DNA from: Fibrobacterota bacterium
Lineage (GTDB): Bacteria > Fibrobacterota > Fibrobacteria > UBA11236
DNA length: 15,597 nucleotides
Assembly: GCA_043753995.1 (NCBI GenBank)
Contig: JAYUVP010000302.1
Span: 1-15,597 of the forward strand
Direction of reading: 5' to 3'
Of this stretch, positions 9,270 to 15,597 are shown piece after piece. Position 1 is the first letter of the stretch. Each line of letters starts with the position of its first letter. The notes under the pieces were generated by a model. It saw nothing but the letters and a program-made list of their open reading frames with translations, was not told the DNA's origin and ran no database searches. The translations under genes and the position numbers were made by a program.

Positions 9270-11009
9270 ATGCATTGTTCATTTGCCTTCGGACTTTTGA
9301 TGGTTGCATGGCTGAATGCGCATGCCGAATACAACTTCACTGCGAGGTCGGGTGTCTTGGATTCCGTGCATCCTGATTTTACCATCACCTCCCTTTTGCC
9401 GGGGGGCGTTCCCAACAAGGTGGTAGGCATGGATTGGTTGCCTAACGGGGATATGGCGGTATTGGCCATGCAAGATTCCATTCATATCAATAATGGAGGG
9501 GGACATGGTTGGGTGCATATCCTCTCTGGAGCACGCGCGGCGCCTGCGGTCACCCCCTCGTTCCGCACCATATATTATGGTTTCGAACATCCGATGGGAT
9601 TGGCCGTAGCAGAGGGCGCCATCCATGTCTCGCAGCGTGAAAAACTGGTTCGGCTAATCGATGTGAATAGTGACGGCAGTATCGATTCGCTCGCGACGAT
9701 AGCGGCCTATCCAGATTCGAAGATGGAAGGGGGGTGGGGCCGCTGGGCCCTGAATTTACGCTATCGCGATGGGATCTTTTACACAGGATTAGGCGCCTAC
9801 CACTTTGTGAATGAACCCGGGCCTTGCCTTCCGTGGTCGGAGCGGGGCTTAGTGCATGCCGTTAATACCCAGGGACAAACCCAAAAATGGGGCAAAGGTT
9901 TGCGCGAACCCAATGGAATTGGTTTTGGACCCGAAGGGGAGATTTTCGCGACGGATAATGACGGAGAATGGGTTGCGGCCAATCGACTAGTCCATGTGCG
10001 CCAAGACGAATTTTATGGTTTGGTCCCCTGCGACTCCTGGGATGCAAGCTTGAAGTATTCCTTGCCTGCAATTTGGTTCCCAAAGCATTTACGCTCGCCA
10101 GGACAGCCTCTACTCATGACCCAAGGAAAATTCACCGGGCAAATGTTGGTAGGCGATTATGTGGTCCCGAATCTCAGTCGAATCTTCTTGGAAAAGGTGA
10201 ATGACCGCTATCAGGGCGCTTTGTTTCCTATGACCGGAGGCTTGGCTTCGGGGGGACTGAGGCTGCTGAGCGATGAGGACGGGGCCATTTATGTCGGTGA
10301 ATTGACCATTGAAAACTATGAGAGCTGGTGGGTGCATAGCGAAAAAAGACCGGCACCCGGAGCCCTGGAGAAACTCACCCCCAAGTCCTCGACGGCCTTT
10401 GAAATGCTCGCCATTCGTGCTCAGAAAACGGGGATGGAAATCGAATTCACTCATCCTGTCGCAGCAAGCGCTTCCGACACCGCCGGTTATTGTGTCCGCC
10501 AATGGCGACTTAAATCCACTTTTAACTATGGCAGCCCCAAAATCGATTCGCAGGATCTAGCGGTGACCGAAGCCCGACTCTCCGATGATAAGCGCAAGGT
10601 CCAATTGACCCTTCCCAAATTAAAAGCCGGGTATGTGGTGCAAATTCAATTGCATGACGAGTTTCGAGCGGCAGATAATAGCCGGCCTTGGGCCTATGAG
10701 GCATGGTATACCTTGAACGCCATTCCAGGTATTGCGGACTTGCAACCCCAATCGAAGGCTCAACCCCGACTGGGCTCGGCTAAAATGAGTTTGCGACGTA
10801 TTCCTCAAGGCGGTCACGCGATGGCATTCGAGCTTGAAGGACGAGGGGATTTTCGTTTGCTCGACATCCAAGGGCAAGAGGCATTTGAATCGCCTGTCAC
10901 GGGTCAGGAGATTCTGTCCTTACCCACCCAGCTCAAGGGCCGGTTTTACCTAGGGGTCTTGCGTATGCCCGATGGCGTCGAATACAGGCAGGGAATTCCG
11001 CTTTTCTGA
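9270..11009 (+). CDS. Secreted beta-propeller protein (glucose/sorbosone-dehydrogenase-like fold, unknown function) with an Ig-like domain and T9SS-type C-terminal domain
   Basis: Signal peptide ending AHA. Propeller-blade motifs VVGMDWLPNGDMAV, FEHPMGLAVAEG and GLREPNGIGFGPEGEIFATDNDGEW. Ig-like segment AFEMLAIRA...MEIEFTHPV...WYTLNAIP. The CTD has LLDIQG...GRFYLGVL. No CxxCH motif. Confidence 0.75.
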   Translation: MHCSFAFGLLMVAWLNAHAEYNFTARSGVLDSVHPDFTITSLLPGGVPNKVVGMDWLPNGDMAVLAMQDSIHINNGGGHGWVHILSGARAAPAVTPSFRTIYYGFEHPMGLAVAEGAIHVSQREKLVRLIDVNSDGSIDSLATIAAYPDSKMEGGWGRWALNLRYRDGIFYTGLGAYHFVNEPGPCLPWSERGLVHAVNTQGQTQKWGKGLREPNGIGFGPEGEIFATDNDGEWVAANRLVHVRQDEFYGLVPCDSWDASLKYSLPAIWFPKHLRSPGQPLLMTQGKFTGQMLVGDYVVPNLSRIFLEKVNDRYQGALFPMTGGLASGGLRLLSDEDGAIYVGELTIENYESWWVHSEKRPAPGALEKLTPKSSTAFEMLAIRAQKTGMEIEFTHPVAASASDTAGYCVRQWRLKSTFNYGSPKIDSQDLAVTEARLSDDKRKVQLTLPKLKAGYVVQIQLHDEFRAADNSRPWAYEAWYTLNAIPGIADLQPQSKAQPRLGSAKMSLRRIPQGGHAMAFELEGRGDFRLLDIQGQEAFESPVTGQEILSLPTQLKGRFYLGVLRMPDGVEYRQGIPLF

Positions 11010-11087
11010 AGTGGACCGTTGAGTAATCCTGGCCTATTCGCGACCGTGATCTCCCCAGAACCCATTTCTTTTTGTAATAATCCCTGA

Positions 11088-12572
11088 ATGTTCACCTGGA
11101 TAGATTGGCTCGTCATCGGGCTTTATTTCGTCATGGTCGCCGGCATCGGCGTCTATTTCTCGCGCAGCAATAAAGACATCAAGGATTTCATGTTCGGGGG
11201 CGGCAATATGCCGTGGCTGGCGGTGGGCATATCCCTCATTGCCACCTCGGTCAGCGCCAATACCTTTTTGGGCAATCCTGCCGATGCCTATGCCAATGAC
11301 ATGCGCCTGCTCATGCTCAATGTGGGATCGATTTTCGCAATCATCATCGTGGGCGTTTTCTTCATCCCTCGATTTCGGAATAGCGGCATTCAGTCCGCCT
11401 ATGAATTATTGGAAATGCGATTCTCCCGGCCCGTTCGCGTCATGGCTGCGACTTTTTATTCCTGCCATTTGCTGCTGCGCATGGGAATGCTGATTTATGG
11501 CCCGTCCCTAGTGCTCATGAAAATCACCGGCTTGTCCTTTGCCGCCTGCGCCGTCAGCATGGCTGTATTCGCCATGCTTTACACTTCTTTGGGCGGCATC
11601 AAGGCTGTGACCACTACCGACATACTGCAATTCTGCATTTTCATCGGCGGTGGCCTTTTGTGCATCGCCTATGTCGTGCATTCGGTCGGTTCCTTTTCAC
11701 AAACCTGGCAAATGGCAACGGATGCGGGAAAAACGCGCTGGCTCGACTTTTCTTTCGATCCGAGCAGCGATCGTAATGTGCTTTCTGCATGCATTGTCTA
11801 CACCGTTTTCGAAGTGGCCATACGCGGCTGCGATCAACAATTCGTGCAGCGCTATCTCTCCACGAAAAGCCTCCGCACCGCAAATTACTCCTCTATCACC
11901 TCTTCCTTGCTAGGCATTTGCGTGGGCTTTGTTTTTTTCACCGTGGGCGCCTTCATTTACGTGTATTTCCAGGTGGCGCATGTCCAAGTCCTTCCCGCCG
12001 ACACCAAGGTGAATCAAGTCTTGCCCTATTTCATCGTCAATGTATTGCCCACGGGAGTGAAAGGCCTCCTGGTGGCGGCTATCCTCGCTGCCGATATGGG
12101 TGCGCTCAGTTCGGTATTGACGGCGCTATCGAATACCACGGTCATCGATTTATTGCCCTCGCCCAAGGGTCAGGTGATCACTTTGTCCAAAGCCCGCCGC
12201 TGGGTTTGGCTTTGGGGTCTATTGGGCATGCTGGCGTCTTTTCTCTGTGCTCTTGGTGACGCCTCCATCCTCACCAAGGCTCTCTTTTTCACCTCGCTTT
12301 TCACCGGACCTCTGCTGGGCATTTTTCTCTTGGCTTTTTTCCGCCCGGGGACCCCGCCCAAGGCCGTCATGCTGGGTGCGGTTTGCGGCATGCTCAGCCT
12401 TTTGCCAGTTTCGAAAATCCCGATTTTGCCACCGGGCCTTTGGACCCCATGGCTTAATCTCGCCTGGCCTTGGAACCCGTTGATTTCGGTGACTGCAACT
12501 CTGGTTGCCTCCCAGGTATTGGGTCTGTTTTGGGGGATGGGGAAAAAGGGGAATGCAGGAGTAAGGGCATAA
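11088..12572 (+). CDS. Sodium:solute symporter (SSS/SLC5 family); substrate unknown
   Basis: Many TM helices. Motifs FMFGGGNMPWLAVGISLIATSVSANTFLGNP, SAYELLEMRF, YTSLGGIKAVTTTDILQ, GCDQQFVQRYLS and GLLVAAILAADMGALSS. Confidence 0.92.
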   Translation: MFTWIDWLVIGLYFVMVAGIGVYFSRSNKDIKDFMFGGGNMPWLAVGISLIATSVSANTFLGNPADAYANDMRLLMLNVGSIFAIIIVGVFFIPRFRNSGIQSAYELLEMRFSRPVRVMAATFYSCHLLLRMGMLIYGPSLVLMKITGLSFAACAVSMAVFAMLYTSLGGIKAVTTTDILQFCIFIGGGLLCIAYVVHSVGSFSQTWQMATDAGKTRWLDFSFDPSSDRNVLSACIVYTVFEVAIRGCDQQFVQRYLSTKSLRTANYSSITSSLLGICVGFVFFTVGAFIYVYFQVAHVQVLPADTKVNQVLPYFIVNVLPTGVKGLLVAAILAADMGALSSVLTALSNTTVIDLLPSPKGQVITLSKARRWVWLWGLLGMLASFLCALGDASILTKALFFTSLFTGPLLGIFLLAFFRPGTPPKAVMLGAVCGMLSLLPVSKIPILPPGLWTPWLNLAWPWNPLISVTATLVASQVLGLFWGMGKKGNAGVRA

Positions 12573-12640
12573 ATTTTAGTGTAACGTATTCGCCCTATTT
12601 CCCGTTAATTGGCTTGGATATTTACAGTATTGGATTGGGT

Positions 12641-12660
12641 CCCTGTACATAAGGACAGGG
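12641..12660 (+). promoter_or_regulatory. lux box (LuxR-family binding site) upstream of luxI
   Basis: CCCTGTACATAAGGACAGGG is 20 bp and fits NNCT-N12-AGNN. It has perfect 6-bp dyad arms CCCTGT/ACAGGG and is 12/20 identical to the V. fischeri lux box ACCTGTAGGATCGTACAGGT. It ends 63 bp before the luxI ATG. Confidence 0.78.
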
Positions 12661-12723
12661 CAGTTGTGGGCGGGAAATTGTTAAACACTCCCTAAATTCA
12701 TAACCAAAAAGAGTGTTGCGCCC

Positions 12724-13395
12724 ATGACAAATGAAATTCAAGAAAGCGGTCATTTTACGACACAAATTGACCATAGCCCCGAGGCATTCTTTACTATGGT
12801 GCTTCAAGCGGAATGGTATAAGCGTGCCGCTGAAAAAATGCGACATCGAGTTTTCGTTGATGAGCTTGGGTGGGTGGGGTCTAATAATACTGAATGTGAA
12901 TCAGACTCCTATGATTCCGTATCGGTGCATTTAGGTGTTTTCCGAAATAAGGATGTGATAGGGCATTTACGTCTGACTCGCCGCCCACATGCATTTATGC
13001 TGGAAAATGAGTTTGCCCGGCTTTTGCCAAGTGGCCTCACACTCGAATCCAATTTGGAAACGGCTGAAATTTCTAGGCTATGCATTGAGGAAAAATATCG
13101 ATCCCAGCGTATTTTGTGGGAAGGTAGGCAGGTATTTGTTAGTGAAATGCTTTATGCCTCTTTATGGAAATGGTGCCAAGCCTCGCATGTGGTGGTGCTT
13201 TATTTCGCAACCACGCCTCGAGTCGCTAGGTTGCTGCGAATGCAGGGTTTTCCCTGTCGAATGCTAGATAGACCGAACTCAGAATTAGGAGCCGTGGCCT
13301 GTCAGCTAGATTGGCGTGAGTATCGCGGCCCTCATCATTTCACTAAAAATACGTCGTATCAAAGTCCATGTACAATAGCCTGCGCCACGGCATGA
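12724..13395 (+). CDS. luxI: LuxI-family acyl-homoserine lactone synthase
   Basis: LuxI signature residues R40, F44, W50 (RHRVFVDELGW), E59/D61/D64 (ESDSYD), R83 (LRL), FMLENEF and E115/S117/R118 (AEISR). It sits next to luxR and a lux box. The start could alternatively be Met25. Confidence 0.9.
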   Translation: MTNEIQESGHFTTQIDHSPEAFFTMVLQAEWYKRAAEKMRHRVFVDELGWVGSNNTECESDSYDSVSVHLGVFRNKDVIGHLRLTRRPHAFMLENEFARLLPSGLTLESNLETAEISRLCIEEKYRSQRILWEGRQVFVSEMLYASLWKWCQASHVVVLYFATTPRVARLLRMQGFPCRMLDRPNSELGAVACQLDWREYRGPHHFTKNTSYQSPCTIACATA

Positions 13396-14108
13396 CCACG
13401 ATTCACGGCATTTAATTTAGACATGATATTGCCTATGTGAAATTTCACGGTGCGTTCAGAAATATTTAAAATGGTGGCAATTTCCCAATTACTCTTGCCA
13501 TGTTTCAACCAGGTAACAACTTCAGATTCCCTAGGGGTCAAATCGTTTGCTAATGGAGCACGACAATCCCCTAGTGCCCGCACTAAGGCTTGGTGAAGGT
13601 GGGGCGCAGCTAAATGCAAAAGGGCGCCGTGCCTTTCTTCGGGAGGGTTATTTTTCCAACTAAAGGACATCAAGCTGATTTCTTGCCCATTGCGATTCGG
13701 GAGTCCTATTGTCCAACCATCGTATAGGCCAAATTCCTTGGCAGTGGAAAGAAATCGGCTTGGCGGGGGTTTGGTCAGGTAGGTGTCTTTCCAGCGTCGG
13801 GTTCCGGGGTTTCGCGCATGAGCGAGAAATACTGGATCGATATTGGTAAAGGATTCTCGCTGGTATATTTCAAGCCATTGGTTGGGGTAACTGTGGTTGA
13901 TTAGCCCGGCAGGTTGATACGTAAGGTTGTTGGTCTCCTTAATCATGGCAAGTATGGCATAGTCAAACCCACAAATTTTTTGCATTTGCGAAATAAGCAG
14001 TAAAACCTCATTCTGGGTGCAGAAAGAGGCGCTTGCATACATGATTTCTGAGAGATTGAAAACATCCACGCCGAGTTGACTTTGCATTTCCGCAGAGATT
14101 GGGGCCAT
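13359..14108 (-). CDS. luxR: LuxR-family quorum-sensing regulator (autoinducer-binding domain + HTH)
   Basis: AHL-pocket residues W78, Y82, D91, P92, W106 and G131 (TraR W57/Y61/D70/P71/W85/G113 equivalents). HTH LTPRESEVVTWLKHGKSNWEIATILNISERTVKFH. GGAG SD 6 nt upstream of the start. Confidence 0.93.
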   Translation of the reverse strand: MAPISAEMQSQLGVDVFNLSEIMYASASFCTQNEVLLLISQMQKICGFDYAILAMIKETNNLTYQPAGLINHSYPNQWLEIYQRESFTNIDPVFLAHARNPGTRRWKDTYLTKPPPSRFLSTAKEFGLYDGWTIGLPNRNGQEISLMSFSWKNNPPEERHGALLHLAAPHLHQALVRALGDCRAPLANDLTPRESEVVTWLKHGKSNWEIATILNISERTVKFHIGNIMSKLNAVNRGHAVAQAIVHGL

Positions 14109-14165
14109 AGCACACTCCGTTTTGCCTGATATAGTTAAAAAACCTTTTTCAGACGGGTGATCATA

Positions 14166-14198
14166 GGGAAATACCCAATTGCATAATTGTATGTTCCC
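14166..14198. promoter_or_regulatory. Imperfect inverted repeat upstream of luxR
   Basis: GGGAA-ATAC-cc-AATT-gcat-AATT-GTAT-g-TTCCC gives 13 pairable positions with two bulges. It contains TACAAT on the minus strand. Confidence 0.33.
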
Positions 14199-14219
14199 AA
14201 CCGGATTTAAAGTTTGGGG

Positions 14220-14708
14220 TCACTCTTCAGAAGCTAAATCGTCGGATAATGGGTTCCCAGTAGGCTTAATCCGTCGCCAGGTTTCACTGCGGCCAAAAAG
14301 TGGATTCAAGACATACCCACGAAAGACCAAATGATCGGAGTCTTTCAATTTTACATGGCAAGAATAGGTGCTACCAGAATTAGGATCGTAGATGGTTCCA
14401 TTTTTCCACCTTCCATTTTCTCCCTCTTTCAGTCCCATCAGTATGGTCAGGCCCATGATTGCTCTTGATCTTAATTTGGGATCTGGGTTGAAGGAGTCTG
14501 TCCAGGGAATGCCTTTTTTATCGTTTGGTTCTTTTAGCCAAATAATTTTACCGCATAAAAATGGGTCACAAGGATTTATTTCGACAATAGAAGAACTATC
14601 CTCCGTTCTCCAGAAGCCGATAATATTCCCATTTGCCGTAGGAGTAGAAAAAGCCGAAACTGAAAATAGGAGCAGGGCAGTAAATACAAGGGGAGTGAAA
14701 AATTTCAT
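14220..14708 (-). CDS. DUF2147 family exported protein
   Basis: Start revised to the ATG at 14708 (MKFFTPLVFTALLLFSVSAFS signal peptide; ATGA overlap with the upstream stop). Family motifs IIGFWRTED, LCGKIIWL, NPDPKLRSRAIMGL, WKNGTIYDPNSGSTY and RGYV...FGRSETWRR. Confidence 0.87.
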   Translation of the reverse strand: MKFFTPLVFTALLLFSVSAFSTPTANGNIIGFWRTEDSSSIVEINPCDPFLCGKIIWLKEPNDKKGIPWTDSFNPDPKLRSRAIMGLTILMGLKEGENGRWKNGTIYDPNSGSTYSCHVKLKDSDHLVFRGYVLNPLFGRSETWRRIKPTGNPLSDDLASEE

Positions 14709-15094
14709 GGAGTGACTTTTCTCTTGCGTAACCTTGGTGCCAAAAAGAAGAGCGGATATATAAGCAAGTAAAGATTCATGGCCCACCAGCTGAGGCTATA
14801 ATCAGAACGGATCGCCCAGAATGAAACCGCTTGCAATCCCGAACATGCCGTTAAGGTAAGTGAGATGATGGCCAGATTTTCAGACCGTGATGTATTTCGC
14901 TTGCCGTACCAAAGGCAGGAAAGCCCGGTAGCTGAAATGAGGAGGTCTAAGGGAAGAAAAGACCAATTCCAAGCTACCATTAGCGGATTATCATAGTCTT
15001 TAAATAAATATTCAGGAGGTAAATTGGCAAATGCGGCCAATAGCCAGTAGGCGAGGAAGCCTAAATCTGTGACCCAAAAGAAAAATTTCATCAT
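14705..15094 (-). CDS. YvaD family (DUF5360) membrane protein
   Basis: Four hydrophobic segments. Motifs TDLGFLAYW, PPEYLFKDYDNPLMVAWNWSFLPLDLLISATGL, SGLQAVSFWA and WWAMNLYLLIYP. Confidence 0.83.
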   Translation of the reverse strand: MMKFFFWVTDLGFLAYWLLAAFANLPPEYLFKDYDNPLMVAWNWSFLPLDLLISATGLSCLWYGKRNTSRSENLAIISLTLTACSGLQAVSFWAIRSDYSLSWWAMNLYLLIYPLFFLAPRLRKRKVTP

Positions 15095-15597
15095 GAGGGC
15101 AATCCTGTGGAGTTCGATTGGTGTTTAGGTGATTGGGTTTCGGCTTGAGAATGCATTCTTACTGTGCTTTTCATACTGCCTTGAATGTATTTCGTCGAAA
15201 TGAAAGGGCGTTCGAAAGCGCGATAGAAAATAGTGGATGCAACGATCACAATGGGGATTCCGATGGCCGACAAGAAAAGGAATTGTTGACCGTCAGATAT
15301 CCCAATTGGTTCTACCCAGGACTGCCAAATCAAATGTATGAGAGGCGCATGTATTAAATAAAGACTATAGGAAATCGTTCCCAGCCAAACTACCCCAGAC
15401 CATTCTAAGGCTTTCGCAAGCGGACCCGCTTTCCCCATAATCAACCCAATGGCCATAAGTGCGCAAGGCAAATCGGCAATCACAAAGGATTGCTCAATCT
15501 TTTCATGGCCTAAGGCTGTGCACAGAACAATGAGTACTCCAAAACTCACAAGCGCGATTCGAGACCACGGTAGAGTTTGAAACCATTTTCTTTTGAG
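15091..15597 (-). CDS. Acyltransferase family 3 (OafA/YrhL-like) membrane protein, C-terminal part (5' end beyond the window)
   Basis: The frame is open to base 15597 (LKRKWFQTLPWSRIALVSFGVL...). AT3 C-terminal motifs WLGTISYSLYLIH and FYRAFERPF. ATGA overlap with the YvaD gene. Confidence 0.82.
   Translation of the reverse strand, partial: LKRKWFQTLPWSRIALVSFGVLIVLCTALGHEKIEQSFVIADLPCALMAIGLIMGKAGPLAKALEWSGVVWLGTISYSLYLIHAPLIHLIWQSWVEPIGISDGQQFLFLSAIGIPIVIVASTIFYRAFERPFISTKYIQGSMKSTVRMHSQAETQSPKHQSNSTGLPS

Noticed and set aside
4818..13395. IlvE supplying branched acyl-CoA for an isovaleryl-HSL-type signal
   Set aside because: The genes are about 7 kb apart, separately regulated and in compositionally different blocks. 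Nothing in the sequence links them.
12724..13395. Alternative call as a PEP-CTERM-associated or FeeM-type N-acyl amino acid synthase
   Set aside because: The RxxVFxxxLGW motif, adjacent LuxR with an intact pocket and upstream lux box favour a true AHL synthase.
14709..14786. N-terminal extension of DUF2147 given in the ORF track
   Set aside because: It overlaps the YvaD gene. The ATG at 14708 gives a clean signal peptide and ATGA coupling.
14697..15091. Identical 12-mer ATGAAATTTTTC (MKFF) at the starts of the YvaD and DUF2147 genes, as a cassette or recombination scar
   Set aside because: It is short, low-complexity and typical of AT-rich translation starts. There is no attC-like structure.

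Overview
Bacterial chromosomal window with 13 supported CDSs. No rRNA, tRNA, CRISPR array or transposase is seen. T9SS-like C-terminal tails, atypical lipoboxes, weak Shine-Dalgarno signals and D-S/T-rich exported proteins suggest an FCB-group host, probably Fibrobacterota (inference, not proven). Left to right: (1) a YD-repeat lipoprotein missing from the ORF track (1..1134, minus, runs off the edge) and a coupled helical membrane-anchored protein; (2) a secreted GH9-CBM3c cellulase; (3) GNAT + ilvE, divergent from a MocR regulator with a visible operator; (4) a lipoprotein Xaa-Pro aminopeptidase, a secreted beta-propeller protein and a sodium:solute symporter; (5) a lower-GC block with a complete AHL quorum-sensing circuit (lux box, luxI, convergent overlapping luxR) and a translationally coupled acyltransferase-3 / YvaD / DUF2147 operon pointing into luxR. 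The best candidates for new biology are the intact LuxI/LuxR/lux-box system in an apparently non-proteobacterial cellulolytic host, and strong enrichment of the Bacteroidota-type O-glycosylation sequon in the exported proteins.
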